Shown here: in pieces, positions 1-9,067 of the stretch
How positions within the stretch are numbered: position 1 is the stretch's first letter
Layout of the letters: each line of letters begins with the position of its first letter
DNA from: Candidatus Latescibacterota bacterium
GTDB lineage: Bacteria > Latescibacterota > UBA2968
Reading direction: 5' to 3'
Assembly: GCA_965116885.1 (NCBI GenBank)
Contig: OZ220741.1
Location: forward strand, 1,504,001 to 1,568,000
DNA: 64,000 bases
Made by a program: the position numbers and the translations under genes
The notes under the pieces: generated by a model
Database searches by the model: none
What the model saw: only the letters and a program-made list of their open reading frames with translations
What the model was told of the DNA's origin: nothing

Positions 1-380
1 TGGACGGCGAGTTTTTCAGCTATGCCCGGTTCGATGCTTTTTGATCCGCATCCCGGGCGCGATTCGGGCAGGTCTGCGCCGAGGGGGCTGAGTCCCGATA
101 CGGATTCCCAATCGCCGCGATGCCATCCGATAGTTCGTGCCACTTCTCGCCCTTTTTCAAAAAGGAGCAGGGTCGGGACGGTTTCGATATTGAGGCGATA
201 CGAGTGTTCCAGACCGGTGTCGTCAATAAGGTTTGCAATGCCAGCGGGAAAATCGGGATTGTCCTGCGTGTAAACCGCGAGTGTATCGTCCCGATTTTCA
301 ATTTGCCTGAGCACAGGTGCAATGAGGGTGCAGGTCGGGCAGTCCTGCTTGACCACGGCTATTAAGCTGTGTGTGCTCAT
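1..380 (-). CDS. Thioredoxin-fold (CPTC) protein, N-terminal part; runs off the window start
   Basis: Not in the ORF track. Manual translation from the ATG at 380: MSTHSLIAVVKQDCPTCTLIAPVL...NIETVPTLL...RPGCGSKS, with a CxxC and the cis-Pro VPT motif; open to the window edge. Confidence 0.8.
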   Translation of the reverse strand, partial: MSTHSLIAVVKQDCPTCTLIAPVLRQIENRDDTLAVYTQDNPDFPAGIANLIDDTGLEHSYRLNIETVPTLLLFEKGREVARTIGWHRGDWESVSGLSPLGADLPESRPGCGSKSIEPGIAEKLAV

Positions 381-561
381 TTATTTTTTCCTTTTAAAAT
401 ATTTTTTTGCGCAGATTGTCGTAATTTACCGGCTCCGGGTGTGGCGCAGCACAGATGGCGAAGTGTTATTCTGCCTGTAAAAACAGTTATGCGCTGCAAG
501 TTTGATGCCCGCTCCATCACGCTGTTCAAACGAGAGATTTCTTGCTACACAGGTACTTATA

Positions 562-577
562 TGCAATATCTGTGCCA
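562..577 (-). promoter_or_regulatory. sigma54 (-24/-12) promoter
   Basis: Minus strand reads TGGCACAGATATTGCA, an exact TGGCAC-N5-TTGC match, facing the 1..380 gene. Confidence 0.7.
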
Positions 578-842
578 ATGTGAGTCTGTTCGGATGGTCA
601 CACTCGCAAATAATTGTTTTTACTTAATATATACTAATGAAAAAAGAAAAAATTAGATAGAGAGGTTTTTACTATTAGACAATATATCGTCCAATTTTTA
701 CGACCAATGGATGATATACAGACCAATAGCTGAAATAAAAACCACAAGAGGGGATATAGGGGATATACAAGATATTGTGGGGAAATGAAGCAATGGACTG
801 TTAATGTAGAACAGGTCGTGTTTTTAGGGAAGAAAAAAATAC

Positions 843-885
843 AAAGCGCGTTCTGCCTGTTTTTATAGTAATGAACGCGCTTTTT
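843..885. terminator. Probable intrinsic terminator
   Basis: AAAGCGCGTTC-N19-GAACGCGCTTTTT inverted repeat downstream of the minus-strand 1-6.4 kb gene run. Confidence 0.5.
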
Positions 886-1028
886 GGAGGGTTGGCCGGA
901 TCGAGATGATATACCAACCCTGGACGGTATAAATCTTAAAAAATTGAGAGGGATATACAAAAACAGCCCCAACACCAAGCCCGATTATCAAGCCTTTACC
1001 CATGTTCCTATACTGTCCCCTGCTTACT

Positions 1029-1364
1029 TCAAGATGAGAGATTGAAGTAATAGGTACTTAAAAAAATGTTGTATGTCCTTGTTGGATACCCTCTTGGGCA
1101 CGAATTCGGCGGGACGAAATTGTGCGTACTTGCTGAGAAGTTGCGCGTTGTATAACGAGCGTGTCTTGCGTCATTAATCCAGCCCTTTTCCGATTTCTGT
1201 TTATTCTTGCTATCGTAATAAGTGACTACAGCGTAGGCATCTTGAATGAGCGTGTCGGCATTGACCTGTGCACCTTGCAGGTATGTGGCTGCATACGCCA
1301 GCGTTGGAGCCATTGTATTGAGCAAGAGGGTCGCAATTACAAAGACAGCAGCTAATTTTTTCAT
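1029..1364 (-). pseudogene. Probably truncated secreted protein related to its two upstream neighbours
   Basis: Signal peptide MKKLAAVFVIATLLLNTMAPTLAYA, then AVVTYYDSKNKQKSEKGWIN resembling the neighbours; protein-like sequence is lost after about nt 1170. Confidence 0.5.
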
Positions 1365-1413
1365 GAGGTTCTTCCTTTTGAGACTAATCTACTTCACTGA
1401 TTCCGCTCAAAAG

Positions 1414-1866
1414 TTAGTCAAACTTGTCAAATTCTATTTTTATATAAATAAAAAAGAAAAGTCCTAAAATAAAAATTGTACCTGCAACGTATTCTCCAAT
1501 GGGAATTTTCTTTTTTATTAGCTCTATCTTTTTGATGTGTTCGAAAAAGATACTGACCTCCTTATCCCTAAATCCGGGGTTGTAGGTGATAATAATGGCA
1601 TCTGCTGTGACAGATTTCACCCGTCCTATCTGGCGTTTTGGTTTTGTAGATGAGCCATCCAGATAGGTAATGCGAATGAGTTGTTCCACTTTCAGATTTA
1701 ATGGCTTGTAATTCTCTTCCTTCAGTTCTTCCTGTTCGATGGATTTCAGGACTTTTGTCGTTTGGCATCCCGTCTGAATCAGGAGCACGCACGCCAGTAG
1801 CAGGCACAAGATTTTGCGAGAGATCTCAAAGCCATTGGTTACAACTTTACGAATTTTCTGGTTCAT
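1414..1866 (-). CDS. Putative lipoprotein with C-terminal TM helix
   Basis: GGAGG RBS before the ATG at 1866; hydrophobic stretch ending IQTGC (lipobox-like); C-terminal hydrophobic helix. Confidence 0.65.
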   Translation of the reverse strand: MNQKIRKVVTNGFEISRKILCLLLACVLLIQTGCQTTKVLKSIEQEELKEENYKPLNLKVEQLIRITYLDGSSTKPKRQIGRVKSVTADAIIITYNPGFRDKEVSIFFEHIKKIELIKKKIPIGEYVAGTIFILGLFFFIYIKIEFDKFD

Positions 1867-1908
1867 CCATGATACCTCCCTCAAAATACAAAAGCATTGG
1901 TAGCTAAC

Positions 1909-2718
1909 TCAAAATCGAAGTGTAGCAACAGCGGATACTCTGCCATTGGAACCGGGCAACAGACCGATGGAGACGCGACGATTCTCTAACGGTTTTCGGA
2001 AAAACTCGGACATGATCGCCGCGCTAACAAGGGGACAGATAATAAGAGTCCAGAACTCGTCTTTAGAGTCCGTTAGTGCAAGACTTGCTGCACCTCCTAT
2101 CAGGCTACCTGCCAATGAATATGTGAAGCGATCCTGTGGATCCATTCGGTTCATGCCGATGGGTAAGCCGACGACATAACCATACCATCCAAAAATAAAA
2201 AAGTTTTCTATTTCACAGAATGAAGCGTCCTCTGGGCAGTCAACGATCGCCGCACCGGTCATGCCTACTGTCATACCGGCCAGGAATCCTCCAAGAACGC
2301 TGCCCGCCAACTTTTTGGCAATCCGTCCTTCCACAATGCCTGTACTATGGTGTTCTTGTTGTCTATTATCTATCACAGAAAGCGTATCAGTCGCCTCTTT
2401 AAGCCTGTCTATTTCACGACCAGACTCAGCAAGGATCAGCTTTTGAATGCGCTCAAAAGCGATCTGCTCCTTCCAAAGACCGCGGCCAATGGTCAAACTC
2501 TCTGCATCAACGGCTTTAATATATCCCTGTGCCGTGTTCAGTTTCTCCCACTTCCCTGAGACTTGATCCCGCTCGCCGGTTCCATAGATGACCTCGGCAT
2601 AGACACCGACTTTCACCTTGCTGCTGTCAATCTCACCAGCTTCGAGGATCACCCCTGCCAACAGGGTCTGTGGCAGACATAGACCCAAAATCAGAACGAT
2701 TGCTGCTATCTGTGCCAT
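1909..2718 (-). CDS. Secreted/membrane protein with Gly-rich TM helices and terminal Phe
   Basis: AGGAGG RBS, signal peptide, small beta domain, Gly-rich hydrophobic helices, ends VSAVATLRF. Confidence 0.75.
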   Translation of the reverse strand: MAQIAAIVLILGLCLPQTLLAGVILEAGEIDSSKVKVGVYAEVIYGTGERDQVSGKWEKLNTAQGYIKAVDAESLTIGRGLWKEQIAFERIQKLILAESGREIDRLKEATDTLSVIDNRQQEHHSTGIVEGRIAKKLAGSVLGGFLAGMTVGMTGAAIVDCPEDASFCEIENFFIFGWYGYVVGLPIGMNRMDPQDRFTYSLAGSLIGGAASLALTDSKDEFWTLIICPLVSAAIMSEFFRKPLENRRVSIGLLPGSNGRVSAVATLRF

Positions 2719-2759
2719 GAATTCCTCCTGACAGAAAACTGTCTCCTATCCTGAAAAAA

Positions 2760-5700
2760 TCAACCATCATTGGGAGGGAAGTGACTGACAAAGATCGCAA
2801 AATCGGCACTATTAATGGTCCCATCGTCATTCAGATCCATATCAGCATCGAAACCATCCTCACCTTCTGATTTACCAAATGCGGCCACAAAGAGCAAATG
2901 ATCTGACGTATTGACCGCACCATCACCATTAAAATCCCCGATCAGACTGACAGACATAGAGAAACTATCCGTTGCAGTCGTACTTGCATTATCGGTCACG
3001 GTCACAGTAAGTGTGAAACTCCCTGCCGATGTTGGTGTGCCGGTGATGCTACCACTCGAATTGATCGAAAGACCAGAGCCTGTGGTGGGGTTGCTGGACA
3101 TGGCATACGTGTATGGCGTTTGACCTCCTGATACTGATACCTGAATAGGGGTAATAGCACTGTTGGTCTGCACAGCACTGATCTTGACTGTTATATCATC
3201 TATATCTGCGACTGTCAGTGCCGAAACGGGCGCAGGCGCATTTACCGTCAAGGTGAAACTCTCTGTTGCTGTCCTGCTTTCTGCATCGGTCACTGTGACA
3301 GAAATGGTGAACGAGCCAGTCGTTGTTGGTGTGCCGCTGATCTGTCCACTGCTTGAAATAGAGAGACCCGATGGCGCACCGGACATAGAATAGGTGTAGG
3401 GTGTCTGACCACCAGATGCTGAGACTTGAATGGATGTTATGGCCTGATTCTGAGTCGCGGTCACATTCGATATGGATGCAATTGTCAGCGGTGATCTGAC
3501 ACGCATCGTGAAAGAACGCTCTACCTTAGTGGTAGCAGCAGTGCCTGTCGCACCACCACTACCATCACTCACACTCACTGTTACTGTGAAAGTCCCACTC
3601 GCTGTGGGGGTGCCTGTAATGCGACCACTATCTGAAATCGAAAGCCCTGCTCCCGTTTTGGGGTCGCTCGCTATGGAATATGTATAGTTCCCTTGACCAC
3701 CTGATGCTGAGACCTGTATGGGGGTAATTGCCACATTTTGAGTGGCTGTAACATCCGCTATTGTTGCGACTTTCAGGGCTTGAAAAGGCGCAGAAACAGA
3801 CAGGTTAAACGTTGTCGATGCTTCGCCACTTACAGCATCTCGCACGGTTACTGTAATGTCAGATTCGCCAGTCGCTGTGGGTGTACCTTTGATGAGGACT
3901 TTGTCTTGATCAAAGACGATACCTGAGGGTAAGTCAGATGTGGAATACGTATAAGGTTTCCATCCCCCTGAGGCACTCACCGATATATCTGTAATTTCCA
4001 CATTCTGAGTCGCTGTAACATCCGCTATTGACGCAATTGCCAAGGGGGTGGTATTATTCCTGGTATTGTTCGACAATGTCATATCCGTCAGTGTCTGCGT
4101 CCCTTGCAAATCCAGGCCAACCACTGAATGTTGAATCGTAAAATGGCTCATGGTTAAATTGCCGTGATTCCTGATGCCATACCAGTTTCCAGACGCGGGA
4201 GTTGAAGTATCGGAACGAAATACAATAGGCTGATCGCTTGATCCATTGGCGATGATCTTTCCATAGTTGATAATATCGACGCGATTTTCATCTTTCATGT
4301 CGTGAATATCTCGATTGGGGTAAGCCTTGATCGTCGTGCCAGCATCAATTGTCAGGGTTGCGCCAGGACACACCACAATATCACCAATCAGCTTGATTGT
4401 ATCACGCCAGGTCACGTTTTGCACAATTGGGAATTGTTGAAACTCGGTATAAGGAACATTAACCTTATCGTAACCACTCGCTCCCCAACTGCCCCAACCA
4501 CTATGCAACGGCCCAGCAGCAGCCTTACTATCTCCTTGGCTTGGGACGTGTACTGTTCCCCATAATGCTCCTGTACCTAACCAACTCATTTCTGGTGCCA
4601 AACCTTTATTGGGTTGATTTGGATCGGGATTGGGCAGAAGAATTAAATCATACGATTGCGCGATGTCAGGATTTGTGTCCTCAACGCTGGTACTCAGGAC
4701 TATCCCGTCCGTCGTCAGGTCTTCACTAACACTGGCTTTAGCAGCATTGTTATAATTGCCTCCTGTGGGAAATGAACCATGGGAACCTGCTCCTACATAG
4801 ATAACAGGGTGGGTTTCGCCTTCAGCAGGCGCAAATTGTGTCCGGGGGTTGAAAGTCCTTTCGCCAATGCTGGTATAATTCATACCCTTGCTATGGAATT
4901 TGTAGTCAATTCCAACAAGTTCAGCCACTTCTGGATCATAGGACGTTATGCGAACATTAACGTGTGGCCAATCCCCTTCGTGGTCATTTTGAAAATCATT
5001 GAAGGGATAAAAGTAATAATACTGTATTACGACTTGACCGCCTTCTTCAAAAATATGCACGTATGCTGTATGAGGAAAATCTGGATGATCCCCACGCTTA
5101 GGATGCGTAGTGCTATTATAGTAATCATACCAGCTATCTTTACCCTTACTCTCATCATCCCTGTCCCCGTTACCAGGATATTCAAAATGTGCCGTCACCG
5201 GATGGGCTGCAGTAGCGTAATCTCCCGGAGGACGACCGGTATAACTTAAAACTTCAGGTAAAGACGCAAATTTATTCTGTGAAAAATTAATATCAGCATA
5301 CAGATTTTGGTAAGCACTAAGCAGATCAGAACTCCATCCTGACGCGGGATATTGAAAATGTTCTAAAAATTGTCCTGTAGCAGTATGGAGGCTAAACCAA
5401 AGGTTAGAAACGGACTCTGCACCCATGATTTCTACGGGTTCGGGGAAGATCACTTTGCGGTCTGGTTGCGTTGGATTTTTTGTCAAAATTAAAATTGGAG
5501 AAAATTTCTCGGCAAGTTCTATCGAATAAACACTCATACTGAAACTACGCTCCGCAGTGCTGCCGTGATCATCGGTCACTGTCACGATAATTGGGAAAGT
5601 CCCATCCTGTGAGGGCTTACCTGTGATGAAATTATCACTTGATAAAGAGATACCCATCGGCGCGCCAGATATCGAATACGTATAGGGTTCCCAACCGCCA

Positions 5701-6443
5701 GATGCTGATAAATGAATCGGGATAATCGAATTGTCCTTTTCGACTGTTTTATGCGCTATTGGTGAGACGTTCAGTGCCGGACGAATCGTGATGTTCAGAT
5801 CATGACTCATACTCTGACCTGCATCATCCCGCACATTTACTGTCACTGTGAAAGTCCCATTCTCTGTAGGTGTGCCTGTGAGGGTTCCCGACAGATCAAT
5901 AGAAAGACCATCAGGTGCTCCCTCTGTTTCTATTTCATCTGTTTCTATTTCATACGTATAGGAGGGTCGGCCTCCGGATACGCTTATTTGAGGGGGCGTA
6001 GATGTTAATGAGGTCCAGATGGAACTGTCCTCCGTACCCTTGATATCTTCAGGCCACGTTACTGTCAATGGCGGCAAGACCGGCGTGGCACTCGCGCTGA
6101 CGGATGTGCCATTTCCAGTCGCATTCACCGCACGCACCTCAAAGGTGTACGCGGTGTCATTTGTCAGGTTCTCTACCGTGTGACTGGTTGTGTTCTTATT
6201 ACTATTGGTAATATTCGTCCAGTCCGGTGACCAATTGCTGCCACTATCTGTGCTCTGTCGATACTGATACGTCGTGATGCTCTCATTATTCGGGTTATCC
6301 CAACTCAGCGTCACCTGTTGATCTCCTGCCACCGCAGCGAGGTTTGTCACTGCAGCAGGAGCAGACGGGGATTGGGCAGAAACAGGTCCAGAGATCAGGA
6401 TAACACTTATGGCTATGGCAGACAATACAGATTGTATCTTCAT
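2760..6443 (-). CDS. Large secreted protein: FN3 + putative Ig repeats + Vps62/NPP1-like core + Ig repeats + dockerin-like double EF-hand
   Basis: AGAGG RBS and start MKIQSVLS (signal peptide); FN3 (LSWDNP..YQY..YTFEVRAVN); about six SGG..PYTY..GLSI..G.I.GTPT repeats; QYYYFYPFND..HEGDW core; DFNGDG/DLNDDG at the C-terminus. Confidence 0.85.
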   Translation of the reverse strand: MKIQSVLSAIAISVILISGPVSAQSPSAPAAVTNLAAVAGDQQVTLSWDNPNNESITTYQYRQSTDSGSNWSPDWTNITNSNKNTTSHTVENLTNDTAYTFEVRAVNATGNGTSVSASATPVLPPLTVTWPEDIKGTEDSSIWTSLTSTPPQISVSGGRPSYTYEIETDEIETEGAPDGLSIDLSGTLTGTPTENGTFTVTVNVRDDAGQSMSHDLNITIRPALNVSPIAHKTVEKDNSIIPIHLSASGGWEPYTYSISGAPMGISLSSDNFITGKPSQDGTFPIIVTVTDDHGSTAERSFSMSVYSIELAEKFSPILILTKNPTQPDRKVIFPEPVEIMGAESVSNLWFSLHTATGQFLEHFQYPASGWSSDLLSAYQNLYADINFSQNKFASLPEVLSYTGRPPGDYATAAHPVTAHFEYPGNGDRDDESKGKDSWYDYYNSTTHPKRGDHPDFPHTAYVHIFEEGGQVVIQYYYFYPFNDFQNDHEGDWPHVNVRITSYDPEVAELVGIDYKFHSKGMNYTSIGERTFNPRTQFAPAEGETHPVIYVGAGSHGSFPTGGNYNNAAKASVSEDLTTDGIVLSTSVEDTNPDIAQSYDLILLPNPDPNQPNKGLAPEMSWLGTGALWGTVHVPSQGDSKAAAGPLHSGWGSWGASGYDKVNVPYTEFQQFPIVQNVTWRDTIKLIGDIVVCPGATLTIDAGTTIKAYPNRDIHDMKDENRVDIINYGKIIANGSSDQPIVFRSDTSTPASGNWYGIRNHGNLTMSHFTIQHSVVGLDLQGTQTLTDMTLSNNTRNNTTPLAIASIADVTATQNVEITDISVSASGGWKPYTYSTSDLPSGIVFDQDKVLIKGTPTATGESDITVTVRDAVSGEASTTFNLSVSAPFQALKVATIADVTATQNVAITPIQVSASGGQGNYTYSIASDPKTGAGLSISDSGRITGTPTASGTFTVTVSVSDGSGGATGTAATTKVERSFTMRVRSPLTIASISNVTATQNQAITSIQVSASGGQTPYTYSMSGAPSGLSISSSGQISGTPTTTGSFTISVTVTDAESRTATESFTLTVNAPAPVSALTVADIDDITVKISAVQTNSAITPIQVSVSGGQTPYTYAMSSNPTTGSGLSINSSGSITGTPTSAGSFTLTVTVTDNASTTATDSFSMSVSLIGDFNGDGAVNTSDHLLFVAAFGKSEGEDGFDADMDLNDDGTINSADFAIFVSHFPPNDG

Positions 6444-7085
6444 CTTAAATTTACCTCTTTTCTTGAGAAGTTGAATGCAGTGCGAAGCCCTTTTGTTTTT
6501 CAGACATATCTTTACGGTTCTATTTTCCATTTTCACGCTTACATGATTATCACCTATCCTTATAGTCCAAATAAATTATAGAAGTCTAATTCATTGTTTG
6601 GGAGATAGGCTGTATAATTCAATGCTTTTTGTCAAGAACATCTTTTCACACGATTCACACGTTTGCCACACACGTTGGCAAATAAAGGTGTGACTATCCA
6701 GATATCCACATCTTTTAAACAGTTATATATTCAGGAGTAAAAGGGAAAGAATGGCTGGCTAAAATTAAAGGTTATTGAGTCAAAAATAAACGTCAGTCGC
6801 CAGATAGTGAGCAGACTTCTCAATGTAAAAGCGACCAGACTCCATTACAAAATCGCAGTGAAGTTGACAGACGAAAAAGGAGACCGGGCAACCGGTCCCC
6901 TTAAAATTTACTGCATCAAACCTGTCTGCTTTCACCACAGGTTAGGCCTTATAGCATGGCAAAACGATACACATCCTCAAAAACAACTACAGCGATAACC
7001 CGATACAATACATTCTTGACAAATGCGCAATATATCATTACCCACAATATCATTGGATACTTCAACGCGAACTTATCTCTATCTT

Positions 7086-9062
7086 ATGGCACTTGCACAA
7101 TCACAACCCGAACCTGCGCGTCCGCAGCGTATTACCTTCCGGTCCATTGTCCTGGGTACGGCTACTGCGGCGTTGCTCAATATTTACAGCGATTACACGG
7201 GCATGATTTTGGGGTCTGCTTCGCTGGTCAAGTCGCAGTTGTCCATGGCTATGCTTTTGCCCTTTGTGGCGTGGCTCGTGATCAATCTCATTTTGAAGCT
7301 GGCATGGCCGCGCATGGCTTTGCGAGGCACAGAGCTTCTGGTTATTTACAGTATGTCGTGGATTGTGGGTACAGTTTCGGCAAGTGGGTGGACGACCTAC
7401 TGGGGCGGTATTGTCAGTACGCCGTTTTATTACGCTTCGCCCGAGAATCGATGGGAAGAAGTCCTTTTTGACATTTTGCCGTGGTGGTGTTTGCCGCAGG
7501 CAGCGCCTGAGATTATTCGGACGTATTACGAAGGTCTTCCCGATGGCGCGAGCATTCCCTGGCGCGGATGGCTGGCTTCTCTGCACTGGTGGTTCGCCGT
7601 GTCTATTGCCCTTGTTGTTGCAGGATTGTGCCTTGCGGTCATTTTTCAAAAGCAATGGGAGGAGAATGAGCGTCTCACTTTTCCTCTTGCGGCTTTTCCG
7701 ATTGCATTGACCGAGGGTTTTGATGAACCTGGCCGCGTGATACCCGGTATTTTTCGGAATAAACTCTTCTGGGTGGGATTTTTTGTTGTTTTCGGTGTTT
7801 TTGCCTGGAATATTCTCGGTTATTTTGCCATTAGCTTGCCTCGAATTGGCATTTACGACGGTTATCTGACCAAAGAGGTGCCTATTGCGCGCAATTTTCC
7901 ATCGTTCTATTTGCGTATTCTGCCTCCTGTTCTGGGGCTTACTTATATGTGTAATCTGGACATCCTCTTCAGTTTCTGGGCTTTTCGTCTTATCGCTATT
8001 GTCAAAGAAGGGGTGATGGCTCGCACGGGTTTTAATGTGGGCCTTTCCGGGCAACAAGCAGAAGCGAGTGAGATTCTGATTTTGGAATCTCACGGTGCTT
8101 TCATCTTTCTGGCGGTGTGGGCGGTATGGGTCGCACGAGGCCATTTGCGAGATGTTCTTCGCGCAGCCGTGACGGGTGAGGCAGATCATGGTCTCGTATC
8201 TTATCGCCTGGCGTTGCTCGGTTTTATTGCGGCGACTATCTTTGTTTTTGGCTGGTTCATCGCGGTGGGTTTGTCTCCTTTTCTCGCTCTTTTTCACCTT
8301 TTACTGCTTTATGCAGCGTATTTTACTGTGGCAAAATACACCGCGGCGAGTGGCTTTTCCTATCTTTTTCCGGTTGGAGGTAAGGGAGGACAAATTGTCG
8401 AGATTTTTACGGGGACCGCAACGCTCACGCAACAAAATACCGTTGCATTGGGCGTGATTAATTCGAGTGCTTTTTTTGGCAATTCGCGCATTCCCGCATG
8501 GCCCGCGTTGCCTCATCACCTCAAACTTTTGGGGAATGACGCCCGCCGTCGCTGGGTTTTCTGGATCGTTCTGCTGGCTTTTGCCTCGGGGTTCTTCGGG
8601 TCTTGTCTTTTTATTGTCCATTTGGGATATGACTACGCGGGTCAAAACCTGGGGCTGTCGGGTTTTAGCGGGTCCAATATTCGCACGTACGATCGCATGG
8701 TTTCCGCTATTGTCGGTGCGGATAAAACGGTTTTTGATCCGGGTAAAATAGCGGTCTGGGTTTTTGGGTTTGGGCAAGCGGGTCTGCTTATGCTCCTTCG
8801 CAATCGCGTCCCGTGGTGGCCCCTGCATCCCCTGGGTCTGGCTTTTCAGAAGATGTCGGGGTCTCGGGTCTATGCTTTCAGTATTTTTCTGACATGGGCG
8901 TCCAAGCTCATTATTCTGCGCATTGGTGGCATTTCGCTCTATCGGCGCTGTATCCCTTTGTTCTTTGGTCTTGTGATCGGTTATGTCGTCGGCGTGGGTG
9001 TGTCTTCTATTGTCGATTTTACCTTTTTCCCGGAAGAAGGGCATTCTGTTCACGGGTGGTAG
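7086..9062 (+). CDS. DUF6785/DUF6784-like polytopic membrane protein
   Basis: Many TM segments; YYASPEN, QWEENERLTFP and WPLHPLG motifs shared with 61605..63611; start chosen at MALAQ. Confidence 0.75.
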   Translation: MALAQSQPEPARPQRITFRSIVLGTATAALLNIYSDYTGMILGSASLVKSQLSMAMLLPFVAWLVINLILKLAWPRMALRGTELLVIYSMSWIVGTVSASGWTTYWGGIVSTPFYYASPENRWEEVLFDILPWWCLPQAAPEIIRTYYEGLPDGASIPWRGWLASLHWWFAVSIALVVAGLCLAVIFQKQWEENERLTFPLAAFPIALTEGFDEPGRVIPGIFRNKLFWVGFFVVFGVFAWNILGYFAISLPRIGIYDGYLTKEVPIARNFPSFYLRILPPVLGLTYMCNLDILFSFWAFRLIAIVKEGVMARTGFNVGLSGQQAEASEILILESHGAFIFLAVWAVWVARGHLRDVLRAAVTGEADHGLVSYRLALLGFIAATIFVFGWFIAVGLSPFLALFHLLLLYAAYFTVAKYTAASGFSYLFPVGGKGGQIVEIFTGTATLTQQNTVALGVINSSAFFGNSRIPAWPALPHHLKLLGNDARRRWVFWIVLLAFASGFFGSCLFIVHLGYDYAGQNLGLSGFSGSNIRTYDRMVSAIVGADKTVFDPGKIAVWVFGFGQAGLLMLLRNRVPWWPLHPLGLAFQKMSGSRVYAFSIFLTWASKLIILRIGGISLYRRCIPLFFGLVIGYVVGVGVSSIVDFTFFPEEGHSVHGW

Positions 9063-9067
9063 ATCTT

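Noticed and set aside
751..961. GGGATATACAA repeated near 760 and 950 as a possible target-site duplication
   Set aside because: Short, low-complexity and encloses no element-like ORF or terminal repeats
634..978. 114-aa minus-strand ORF in AT-rich DNA
   Set aside because: No RBS or recognisable motif, and it spans a terminator-like hairpin and a putative enhancer; probably spurious
1096..1130. Hairpin GGGCACGAATT..AATTGTGCGTAC as a REP or IS end near the truncation point
   Set aside because: Lacks the GTAG end, is imperfect and is single-copy in the window
6915..6945. GAAA-capped stem as group II intron domain V or a known riboswitch
   Set aside because: No catalytic-triad domain V geometry, no RT gene and no riboswitch consensus recognised
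7101..9053. Long antisense ORFs (398 and 250 aa), and similar ones opposite bioA, urtC, ureC and other genes
   Set aside because: Shadow frames of well-supported genes, with biased composition and no motifs
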